The position numbers were made by a program, and so were the translations under genes. A stretch of DNA of 50,000 bases from Chiloscyllium plagiosum (Eukaryota), in assembly GCF_004010195.1 (NCBI RefSeq), contig NW_025214744.1, positions 1 through 50,000 of the forward strand, in the 5' to 3' direction. Within the stretch, counting starts at the first letter, position 1. Each line of letters opens with the position of its first letter. The notes beneath the pieces are model-generated. The model was given only the letters and a program-made list of their open reading frames with translations, was not told the DNA's origin and did not search any database. Shown piece after piece: positions 21,867 through 36,010 of this stretch.

Positions 21867-24800
21867 GGGAAACTGCTATTTACTTTTCTATGTAGCCTAC
21901 TAGAATAAGGACTAAATCAAAAAATGAAGATGTGCACTACACTACCCACAAAAGTGAAAGGTACCAGGTCTCTAAGCTTTTATGCCTTCACTTCTTTGAA
22001 AACTGCTTCTGTTGACATCAAAAATATCAGTCAGCTTTTTATGCAGTCAGTTCTCTGGCTGATCATTGTTGCACTATTTACCAAGTCACAAATGTTCATT
22101 AGCTTCCTTGTGGAGGCTGACAAGCAGGAGATAAAAGTATTGGGTTGTTCCCACATTGTTGTAATCCCACAGTCCCAGAGCATCATGGACTACTTCTCTT
22201 CCCTCCCAAACTGGTCTTGCTCTTCTGGGTCTGCAATGGAAAAGGACAGAAGAGATACCATTTAATAGCATGTAAAAACAGGTGGATGAGTGGGTATTTG
22301 TCATCTTGGCGTGTGGAGTTGAGCTTAAGAGAGAGAGGAATGGAGAAAAGGTTGATTTAAAAGCCCTGTGGAGCATGTCCTTCAATTTCATCAGATTTCA
22401 CACTTCTGATAAGATCCCTGCTTATGACATTCAGCACTTGTTTGTCAAGTAAAAACAGCACATGGTTGAGCGATGTTCCATCTACTGCTTCCTTTGTGGT
22501 GGCTTCCTACTTGTTTTACATACAAACTTATCTGCAATAAAGAATGGATTGTATTAGTGATAGAAGAATGAGAAGATTTGACACTGATCGAATCAGACTA
22601 AAAAGGTGCTGCTGGTATGTGAAAGAAAATAGGGGTGCACAGAAGGGAAGAATATAACTTTAAGGAGCGTAGCAGGTGTCAAGTGCTGCAGTAGGATCAA
22701 AGTAGGTGGAATAAAGTATGGTGATTGGAGCACACTGCAGATAATCAGAGAAGGGAAATATTGTAAATATTGGAGCAACAGGTTGTGCAAATATACAAAT
22801 TGACCAATTGGAAAAATGAGTCAGAAGACTTACCTTAGGTAGCTTTTTTTTTCTTTTGAAAAACAATCATATTTTGCATTGAAGCCTCTGGCTACTCATC
22901 CAATCTGCTTAGTCACATTTGTTTCAGTAGCTTTCCCCCATCTAATGAAAAGGAGATTGACTTCCACCTGTAAATCTCCATTGCTGATACCTTCAGTGAT
23001 GTATCAGACAATGTTGTACCCCTACAAGTCCAAATAAAATCAATAGTGTTGGTAGATCTTCAAATCATTCAGGCAGGCCAACTTCAGATGTATCCAGAAA
23101 CTTCAGAAAGGATTTTTTTTCTCTCTGCTTTCTTCCTTTACTTTCTTTTGTTTTGTCTTATTGCAATAATGGAATGCAGAATTCTGTTTGTTACTCCAAA
23201 GGAGATGAGCAATCTCAACACAGACCAGCAACTGATATCAATATTACTTAGCATTAATTGTACTATTATCAGTCTGTGGAGTCTCATATAGTTGGAATAG
23301 TCACAAAACAATATTAATAATTCCACCAGTTATTTATTAAACTATGAGAGTCATGTTCTGATTGTGAAATCAGGTCATCATGCTTCATCTCTTATAGAAA
23401 TAGAATATTTGGAGCATGGGCAATAAAAGCCTTTCTGATCGCTTCTTTCTCCAGTCTGACTGTTTTTGCTTCTGTCAATTTCATACTCTGTTTCTGCTTT
23501 GAACTTTTTTTTCTCTTTTGTTCTTCCTAAATTACAAACATGCTGCTCTTGATGCTCTTTCTGAATCCTGTCTGCTCTTTGTTGAAATTAAACTGTTTCC
23601 CTGCATTTCAAGAGCAATTACTCCTGAGAGGTACATCAATGGTTGTAAACCACCCTGCTGTTCTGAGAGGCACTAGATAAATGCAAGTTCTCCTTTCTTT
23701 CAAGACTCATGGCATTGTTAATTTCCTCAACAGTATTATTGGAGAGACACTACCCCTTTCAAATTGTCAGTAATTGGTTACTTTTACTGGCAAATTCTAA
23801 TATCATTTACTCTTTTTAGTTAATTTACTAATGGCAGCAATAGAAGTGATTGAATGCTTACTATTTGAAAAAAAATCCTCTATTTTTATTTTAACAGAGA
23901 TTTTATTGCATTTATTCTCAGTAGGCTAACACCAGGGGCACCAGCTTTGGTCCCCCAATTCCACTAGCAGTAATTCCTCTGGAATGTTATACTGCATTCC
24001 AAAGATGTCTTTCTCTGGTGTACCCATTTCAACACGATGCAGTCAAGTGTATTTTTGAAAGTTTGTTTTTAGTAAGAAGATTTGATGTTCAACTTGCAAC
24101 TCAACTTTAGCTAACTTGATGGGAAATGTGAGCATCATTCTCATGCTTAAATGAAATTACCAGGTTTTAGATGCCTCAGGCAAAAATGAATCAAACTCTC
24201 TGGTGAATTTGGTAAGTGAAAAACATTATTAAGCCTGACTGCATGCCATTTCCCAATTTGCCAGTTTAATCACCTCTTGGGGAGGAAAGAGTCCAAGTAA
24301 AAGCCAGCACCTTACTCCAGCAGTGGTCTTTCAGAGTTGGTGTTTCACTTTCATAGACCATCTCTGCTCTTGCTGTTCTCCGCCATGAATGAGGGGAATT
24401 TTTGTTTGCCCTCTGACTTATCCTGGGCAATGTACCTGATCCGAAAAAGCCAAGCTTCCACCAGTATAATCGGTAGAGTAAAATCTATTAATTTTCTCAT
24501 TACCTTCTTAAGAAATTGTTACATTTCTAACTATGCAAATTCATATTAAATTGTTTAGTCCAATATAAACAGATAAGGACTTGGTGGCAATATATGGACT
24601 ATGTAATGAGCAATTTAGGAATTATGTTTAGGAATTATTTAGGAATATTCTCCTGACTGAACATATTCACAAGTTTTCATAATTAGTATATTAGTTTTCA
24701 TAATTAGTATATGGCTTTATTTGTTGGGCGAGGCACATGGCTAACTTTCACCAAATCTGCTTCAAAAACATTTTCAGTGTGTTTTAGATGTTTTTATACA

Positions 24801-24934
24801 ATATTGTTGTATTTGGAGAGCGAATGGGCAATACATTGCCCCAGCAAACAATGAGCAACTATAGTCACGGATGTCATGCCGCTCCAACACGTTTGCTCTG
24901 TTTGTCTCCCCTCTCCAGGCGCTATATAGTCGCA

Positions 24935-25346
24935 ATTACGTTTGGGAGATGGATTATTCTTTAAACAAAAACATTATCCGAGCCCAGCCAAAATGTTATG
25001 GCGTATCAAAACCTATATTTCAACCATAACCTTCCGGTGGCCGAGTTACAGAGTGAATTCTCTTGAAATGTCTTTGCAATGAGTCTGTTCAGTGGAAGAA
25101 ACGGTTAGAGAGCAAAACTTGTGGCTTTTAACTGTGGCATTACGTTTGGGAGATGGATTATTCTTTAAACAAAAACATTTTCCGAGCCCAGCCAAAATGT
25201 TATGGCGTATCAAAACCTATATTTCAACCATAACCTTCCGGTGGCTGAGTTACACTCAGAGTGAATTCTCTTGAAATGTCTTTGCAATGAGTCTGTTCAG
25301 TGGAAGAAACGGTTAGAGAGCAAAACTTGTGGCTTTTAACTGTGGC
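24935..25346. repeat. Direct tandem duplication (204 bp + 208 bp)
   Basis: Copy 1 24935-25138, copy 2 25139-25346; by eye they differ by two substitutions and a 4-bp indel. Confidence 0.95.
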
Positions 25347-28300
25347 TGGGATGAGACGTTAGCGGTGTCGATCGTGGTTGCTAGCTTCCCGGTATGTTTA
25401 ATTCAATCAGATGTGATTGTAGTGTTTCACAAATGTTAGTTCTCCGACACCTGAATAACCCCTTGTAGATGCCAAGGTGGGTTTTTTAAAACATAATGGA
25501 CAATAATGTTTTGGTTCCCATGACAACGTAGCAGGTACTAACTGAAATAATCATGCTACATGACTCGTACTTTTGTTGTAATGGGAGGTACGTAATTGTA
25601 ATGTAAAGAGACAGGGTGAGGGGGTGGTCGGGAATAAAATACAGATAAGTGTGCCGTTCCTGTTCGTGTGCAAGATAAGATTTGTAGCTCAAGTTCACGC
25701 CGGAAGAAACTGTGGGAGCAACTTCCTTGCAATAGCATGAAATATTTGCCTGTTTGGGTTGCAGCATAAGCCCAGAGTGTGCGATCCCAGCCACAAACCC
25801 CAGCTTTGGCAAAGGCTGTGACTATTCATCTCTGTAAGGTTTAGGGACTGTTTGAATAGCCGTGCTCTCGATGCTGACACAGAGAAACTCTCTCAGTAGC
25901 TGAGAGAACTAAATTAAAAGGGGAAACCCACGCGGATGAAAAGAGTTTAAACGCCACTATTTGTTGAACCAGACTGGGCTGCTGATTTTGCTTCTATAAA
26001 TCACAATGTTGGGTCCTTCCTCTCCCTCGTCAGTAAACAGTGCGTGGAAGTGAATACTGATTGTACAGAGCGCCTATAAACTCGGGGGGGGGGGGGGGGG
26101 GAAGAGAGAATTCAAATCTAAATTCATTTTAAAGAGAGCTACAAAAAAAACTACTGTTTTAAGCCGACCCACACACGGTACAGAGTGGGTGGTATCAAAT
26201 GGAAAGAATTCAGGTATGTAACCAGCAAATGGTACAATATTAAATAGCCTGGGAAATCCAAATACGGAATTCGCGGTTTCAAGTATAGTTAGTAACTACA
26301 ATAATATTGCAGAGGATGAAACCTATTCCGACACTTAGGACAAGAAATGTTTCCGAGGGAACAGGACCGTTTGAAAACATCTCTTGTACAATATTTGATC
26401 TGTTTGTGATTCTGAGGCATGTATTCATATAATCAGGGACCAAATCCCCAGCCCAGGCTGACTGATCGGGTTGAGTTAGCTTGGATTTCACCTGCCCCAG
26501 TATCTCAAAGACTGAATAAGATCGATTCTCAGCATAGACAACGAAAGTGGTGTGTACAAGTTGTAAGGTTGAGGTGTGATGTGCAACATTGGGACTGGCA
26601 TTCCCTGTGGATGAACGTCCTCAATGTCACAGCACCGTTAGCACCACAAGGAAACGACTCAGCATTTCCAACATCTCCTGGGAACAAGCCTGTAGCTACG
26701 AGGCCTCTTTCTGCTACCGAAAGAGTTGAATGTCCTCGTCCTCAGTAAGATTATTAAAGCAAGTACCATGGTCAGCGGAAAGCTGGCTGTAGGAAGCATA
26801 ACGTGGTGAAAGAATAGTTCATATAAACGGGCACGTTATAAAATCCTACTGTAGGAGGGATCTTGGAAACTTTACTTCATGACAAATCCCTCAAGTCAAG
26901 AAGGCGTCCGTAATCTAATTCTAATTTCTTTATTATTTTAAAAATATGACACACAGTGAGATTTCTCAGGCCATTCCTTGGTGCTGTTTGGGATGCGACG
27001 GTTGTGCTCAGCCTGGTTTTGGAAGTGGCGTTTTCTGCGCAGCGAATACTGAATCCTATAGTGATCCGGAGCAGCCTCGCGAGTCACTTTGCTCCGAATG
27101 AAATCCATTTGGAAAATGCCACTGAACATCCTGTTGATTCAAAAGAAATATTTACACCCAGGAGTATCCGTCCTGCTTTCAAAACAAAAACAAAGGACAG
27201 AAAAATACAACTGAGTTACCTGCCAGCGCTGAATTATGAATTATCTTTCCATCTGGGTGAACGGTGCTGAATGTAAGCGGAGTAACGTGATGAGAATGAC
27301 GCTGGGATTATACAATATCGAATTGCTCAGCCTTTTAACAGAAGTGTGCACTCTCGATTAGAAATGCATTAATGTGTGGCTATTTCAAAAGTTAGATTTA
27401 ATTGAAAGCTGGCAATTGTATGATTCCGGTGTTAAAAATCTGACATGACCAGTGTGGAAGGAGTTGTTGGAGACATGGTCTATTCACAGTCTCCTGGGAA
27501 CGGGCAAGTGAGCTGCAAATTAAACGGACCTGGACGAGAGGAGGATGGATATCTTAAGATTTATTTACTTTTCTCTTACTGCAAATTATATGGAAAAGCG
27601 GGCGGTCGCTCAGCAATGTGTAATAGGGCTCCAGAAATTGAACGCAGGAATTTGAACGCAGGAGCGCCAAGAAATGCTGGCATCAATAGTAATCAATGGG
27701 ATTGGTAACTGAAGTTGTTACCCGTGGAGTCATGTGCAATTAGTCTGTCACGTTATTTTAAGGGCTACTTACAACATGGTCCTGTCCTGTCCTGCTATAC
27801 ATCACGTTAAAACTCTTCGAAAACCCCAGTGCAAATTTTACGGGATTTTTTATTTTGTTTTGTTACCAACGGCTGGGAAATGGGAATTATAGATTTTTAT
27901 TGAAAAACAACAAGAAAACATTTACATTGTACATTTAACACAACATTTACAAATTCATCTAACAATTTCTCACTCTGTGTACTGCGCCCATTGGTTCAGA
28001 GAGAAATAAAGTTCAGTTTAACTTGATTCGATTGATCACTGATTCGGAACAAGTGCTATTCAAAATTAATTTGCTTTTAAGTGGTTAGACCCGATCTGAT
28101 CTAACTGGGACTGGTCACATATGAAAGAATCAGCAACTGCATTTTAACGTATCTTTTGGGGGGGGGGAGGTTCTTTGTTTTATCCCTGCGGACGTTAAAT
28201 TCCTGCAGGCAGCTGGATCACTAAAAGGTGCTCAATTTCAACTCGTAACAAAACTGGGCGGTGTGGTCGTTTACGCACATTCCCTGCGCACGGAAGACAA

Positions 28301-29140
28301 GAGAAAGTGTCACAGGCAGAAGTGCCAGCTTTTTGTAGATATTGTGAAATGTTTAATGATCCCCAGACTGAAACGAGCCCTCATTAACAAGAACCGGGGC
28401 CCTCGTCAAATACATAAATTTAAAGACAATGTTAGCTTCACCCCAGGCAAAACAAATGTTCTGATCTTTAATTTCTACTTTTTGCCAGCCTGCTCGGTCG
28501 AATCAATGGTGGCTTGTTGAAATAGTTTCAAAAGGTGTGTTTGGTCCGTTTGAATATTTTATCTTTAAACGGTGTTCGTCCGCGCGAGTGTGCAGTTATT
28601 GCAAACAAGCACATTCAATTTTTCACCCATCAGTGATATCAATAAAACTGTAATATTGATAAGGAGACACGATATTTCAATTTATTGGTTTCTCACATTT
28701 CTTAAACTGGGCTCACAGTTCCTCCTTCCAAAGTCACCTGTCCAATTACGAAAATATCTCAAATCTAATAACGCAAACATTCCGCTGATTAAAAAAAACG
28801 CTAATTAGCGTGCAGCTGTCATAAGACATAGTTTTGAATTTCTGGTTCACGTTTATTATCAAAGTCGCGTGAATCACTTGGACATTGTCAATAAACCGTT
28901 AAATCTTGAGGAATACTTTGGGCGAGGCAGCGGTTTGAGATGTTGACAGCCTCTTGCTATCGGAGACAGAGTTTCAAGGTGCCAAACTCCTTACTGAACA
29001 TAGTCCTCGCTGTTAAATGTATCCCTCGTTATTTCTGATAACACTGTTTAGGTTTCTCTTTGCTAATCCTACTCCTATCACTGAACTATATTTTCTGAGA
29101 CTGTCTCAGCTAACTCAATTTCTGGCTTCGCACAAGGCTC

Positions 29141-29423
29141 CTACTGTATATTAACATTGACTCTAACTCTAACCTGGTTGCGACTGTGTGCTAGCATTCA
29201 GTCAAACTCTAACCAAGCTGCTACTGTATATTAACATTGACTCAAACTCTAACAACCAAGCTGCTACTGTATATTAACATTGACTCAAACTCTAACCTGG
29301 CTGCTACTGTGTGCTAGTATTCAGTCAAACTCTAACCAAGCTGCTACTGTATATTAACATTGACTCAAACTCTAACCAGACTACTACTGTGTGTTAACAT
29401 TGATTCTAACCTTAACAAGGCTG
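29141..29423. repeat. 40-bp minisatellite, 7 units, two variants
   Basis: Units CTACTGTATATTAACATTGACTCAAACTCTAACC(A/T)(A/G)GCTG (A) and CTACTGTGTGCTAG(C/T)ATTCAGTCAAACTCTAACCAAGCTG (B). Confidence 0.92.
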
Positions 29424-30675
29424 CTGTTTCTGACAATTCCTGAGTTTGATTGTTTCTGTTCCAGACAGTGAAGTTACAATAATCAAGTGTTGTTTCCACT
29501 AATCCTGAATATGACTGAATCTGTTTTTGTCTTGTCTTATCCCGGAGGGCAAGATAGATACACTGTGGAGTGCCCAGGGTCCTCTTCATTTTAATAGCGG
29601 GCTGGAAACGCGTTTGAGAATCTGCAGTTCTTTACTTGCAAATTCAGGATTGATATTTAACATATCTGGGTGACTCAAACCCTCTGGGATCTTGGGTATT
29701 CGAACAAGTCATTTAATTTGGAAGTCCATTTTCAATTATGAATCAAGTATAATTAAGAACCCGATGTTAGTATCAGTTGTATGTGATATTATTGAACGAC
29801 ATTTTCGAATCGATTAAAGATTGATGAAAAGTTAGCATATTTTTGCCACTACATACAGCACACAGAAATGTATCGCAGTTTAGCTTTTCAAGACATTGTA
29901 AACTAAAAGTATGTGATGAACAATTAAACTGTAAATATCATTTATTACCGAGACTTTTTAAATGAAAATAGCTTTTAAAATCCTTACATAGAATAGTTTT
30001 AGATTATGCCTAATAATAAAGCAACGGGTTTGGGGGAATAAGAGAAGATGGGCAGTCACAATTTAAAATCATTCAATTTAATAAAGCTGGATTTGGTATT
30101 TCAAAAAATCTATTACAATTTTGTCAGTAGACATTTATCCTGCAGCCCTGTGCATTTCGCCAAATAATAATTCAATCTTATGAACATAATTTAATTCATG
30201 TGAATCTCCGAAGTTAAATAAAATCAATAATTCTAACTGTCTTGTTATTTTTGGACGTACTGTTATGTAGCCCTCAAAGAGTTATATTCTGTTAAATCGA
30301 CTGGAATTTTTTTCTTAAAAAAGGCTGTCGCTGCATTTTTCATAATACTGATATCTTTACTGAGACTCTTCCTGTTTAGCTATAGAAACTAAAATGTACT
30401 GCCAAGACATGCAGACATCGCGCAGGGGGTGGCGAGCTCATGATATGTATGACACAAGGATTAAAATAAATATTCGCAGTTAGTTATAGTCTGTCAGGAG
30501 ATGAAGTCGCCCATGACGTGGAGGGGGTTAATGCACATCTTTTTTTTTGTTGTTTCTCTTTTCGAAAATGTAATGCTTGTCCTATTTTTTTAATAAAGTA
30601 ATTCAACAGTCAAACTCAGAACTCCAGTAATAGCAGAGCAGTCAGGCCTCACTACAACTCCACTTGAAGGTCCAT

Positions 30676-30694
30676 TGCTGCCCCCTGGAGTTCA
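30676..30694 (-). promoter_or_regulatory. Candidate CTCF site
   Basis: Minus strand TGAACTCCAGGGGGCAGCA is close to the CTCF core consensus CCASYAGRKGGCRS. Confidence 0.45.
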
Positions 30695-31809
30695 TCCGTC
30701 CGCTCCGCAGCTCCAGCGCAGCAGCTTTTCCATGACTTGCACGCCCGACTGGAGAAAACTGGATATTGCGTGCTTTCTTTTTATGTCATCGGGTTCATCA
30801 ATTAAGCCCTCCTCCACGTCAGGAAACGAGTGAAATTGCAGCCCATTTCACCCCCCACCCTCCCATGAATCGGTTGTGAGGAGAGTCTCACGCTGTCTTA
30901 ACCTTCCACTCTCGCTACATTTGTCGCTGATCTTGTTGCAGACAGTAGCTGGATTCCTGCGGTTTTCAAAGGGTCACAAAGCACCGTCGATGTGGGATTG
31001 AAATCATACCTGTTGGATTATCTATCAGCGCCCAGACCCATGAACATCACCATCAGACCAGGAAGTGTCGGCAACCTTAAGGGGAAATCGACGGGACAAA
31101 ATACAGCACTTTAGAGTGCAATTTCTCAATTGTTTGAAACTTCATTTATGTTTTAAACGGACCATGTGCAAAAATCGATCATTGTTAATCTTTTAAATCA
31201 CATCTGATCCGTTTGAGGGCGTGTATACTAATATCAAATAGGGCTGAAAAATATTTTGCAATATATACATAAGGAATGGTCAAGTTGCAGTCATTGGGCG
31301 TAGATTTGTTTTATAAATGACGATTTCCACAGCTTTGCAAATCAAAATGATATTTATCCCAGGGTTTTTTTGCAAACTAATGTTTGCAGACAACAGTCCC
31401 GCAAACTAGCCCACCTTCTTGTCAATCCGAAAATTGCTTGTTTACCAGTGTTTAATGTTGAGCAGTTAAAAACCTGAAATCCAAAAAAGGCATAGCATTC
31501 CGAATTCCAAAAGAAATGACTGATATATATTCCAAATCGAATTTATGGTGAAAATATTTAGCTGTCAGCAGAGTATATAAACCACAGTCGGCAGATTGCG
31601 GGGGGAGAGATTACCAATACGGATGGAGTTAACTGGACATTTTCTCTGCTTTTTCTTGACGGCCAAAGCATAATTTAAACATTTTTACCCCATTCCCATC
31701 CAAAAAAAAAAGAAAGGATTTCTAAAATGACGGTTCTTGTTTTGATCGATAATAGAAGAGGAATAAGTGAGAAGTAAGATATTCCCTATTGAAAAGCAGC
31801 TCTTTCAAA

Positions 31810-32209
31810 CTGCTCCGCGCTACAAAGTGAAGCGCGGGGGCGGGAGGTTAAGTGCTGCTGCTGTTGCTGCTGCTGCTCGAGTGGGGGAGAGCGCCGAGGA
31901 ATCCCATTGACGGAAGCGAAGCTCGCTACCGCCTGCCTAGTGCGCGCCCCCGCTCCGATCCGCGTGGCCCAGCCGCACGCTCGCGCGCGTACCGGTTGGC
32001 GGAGGGGCGGTGTCTGAAGAGCGCACTTCTAACTTCGCCGGCCGCCTTTGATTGGCTGGAGAGTGGACCAATGGGTTCCTTCCTACCCGGGCCCGAGCTC
32101 CTGGAGGCGGCGTCGATTGGTTGGTAACGGGCGATATGCAAATGAAAGGGGGTTGATGCGCGCCGCCGAGACTGTGCGGAGCTCTCAGTGTGGAGCAATC
32201 CCGAGATAT

Positions 32210-32210
<1 letters not shown>
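31810..32210 (+). promoter_or_regulatory. RUNX1: RUNX1 proximal (P2) promoter, CpG island core
   Basis: Highest GC/CpG density in the window; GC boxes (31837-31844, 32004-32010), ETS CGGAAG (31911), three CCAAT boxes (32051, 32068, 32116), octamer ATGCAAAT (32136-32143); ~1.1 kb upstream of the MRIPV start. Confidence 0.8.
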
Positions 32211-33731
<1,521 letters not shown>

Positions 33732-33968
33732 TAGCTTTTTTTTCTCTGTGTGTGTACATTTATAAATCCTGTTTTGTGGCTGATTAAGGATCAGAAACAA
33801 TTCAACAGTGCATTGCATCCCTTCCCACTGTCATTCCTACACTGGCTGACTTTAAGGACAGGCTGTTATATATTTATGTTCAGGCTAGCAGACTGAACTC
33901 TGTCAGCCTGGAGAGGCAGTAGTTTGTTTTTATAGAAATGATATACACCCCTCAATGTCCGGGTTTAG

Positions 33969-34604
<636 letters not shown>

Positions 34605-34754
34605 TGATAACTGCATACAGAAATATCCTGACTGGTTGATTGCCTATGCAAGAGAGTAGGGGTAACTCCCTACTCGGGAAGCTAGTGATGGTTACTGATG
34701 TCTCATTTGTTTGGGTGAGCAGGAGGGACGGTTAGATCAACAAGCCAGTGCTGC

Positions 34755-34940
34755 TCCCTCACCACCCAGACGCCTGGAGGAAGAACGCCTCATCTTCCGC
34801 CTCGGAACACTTCAACCCCAGGGCATCAATGTGGACTTCAACAGTTCCCTCATTTCCCCTTCCCCCACCTCACCCCAGGTGCTCTTCCAGCACCACTGAT
34901 CCAGAATCTGGTTTCCAGCATCTGCAGTCATTGTTTTTAC
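34755..34940 (+). mobile_element. Penelope-like GIY-YIG endonuclease C-terminal fragment plus terminus
   Basis: RRLEEERLIFRLGTLQPQGINVDF in ORF 34711-34899, followed by TTCCAGCACCAC...TCCAGCATCTGCAGTC as in the other copies. Confidence 0.75.
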
Positions 34941-35254
34941 GCCACTGTTAAACAGTGGCGCTTTATTTAGTCTTCTATATGTATAACCGTCATAGCAGAT
35001 CCGCTCGCTTTCTCACTCCAATCCAACCATGTCCACATTGGCAGCAATCAAACCGTGACCCTCCCGCCCCTGGCTGGCCACTGTCTGCCAACTGTATCCA
35101 CGGGACAGTTCACGCTATTGGTGTGAAATCAAACCCCAGAGTTAACCATGACACATTGCATTCTCTTGCAAGGTGAACTCAAAAGTTGACCAGACATCCC
35201 GCCCAGTATTTTACTCCAGCATTTAAACGGCGCTTAAAATAAAACATGATGAGC

Positions 35255-35388
35255 AGGTATCGGTGTTGGACTGGGGTAGACAAAGTCAGAAGTCACACGA
35301 TATCTGGTTATAGTCCAACAGGTTTATTTAAAACCATAAGCTTTGAAATCACAAACTACAACCTGGTGTCCTGTGTGACTTCTGACTA
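35255..35388. mobile_element. Fold-back repeat of the same family as 17249-17408
   Basis: CGGTGTTGGACTGGGG..ACAAAGTCAGAAGTCACAC... with inverted arm GTGTGACTTCTGACT. Confidence 0.65.
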
Positions 35389-35740
35389 AAATTACATACG
35401 CCTCACATTGAAAATCAGAAAAATACAAACGCTCTTCTGTAATATTCAAGTCACCTTTGAAATATGCTTCAGTATAGCATTGAGTATAAATTCAGGGCCA
35501 ATCTTGTTATTGCACAGTTTGTTAAAATTCAACCTAATATCACAGGAAATTGTTTGGCCTAATAGGAAAAGTTGTAATATTCAGTAAATAAGAAACAGTA
35601 ATGACCCACGGCAACAGTTAGTGTTGGCCAGAAATCTTTCAGATATGAGAGGTCGGTGTTTAACAATAAGTGGTGACCGCCTGAAGGAAATTGGGTCCAG
35701 TTTAATGGGAGCTTTTCAGGCTCGCGTGTTAAGATTGTAA

Positions 35741-36010
<270 letters not shown>

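Noticed and set aside
21673..21903. (VAVFK)n repeat protein
   Set aside because: By-product of a 15-bp minisatellite; no splice or promoter support.
26075..26101. TATAAA followed by G18
   Set aside because: Homopolymer with no other promoter support; length may be a sequencing artefact.
29141..29423. CRISPR-like array
   Set aside because: No unique spacers, eukaryotic context, no cas genes; simple minisatellite.
34654..34675. 8-bp stem hairpin GAGTAGGG/CCCTACTC
   Set aside because: Too short to be distinguished from chance.
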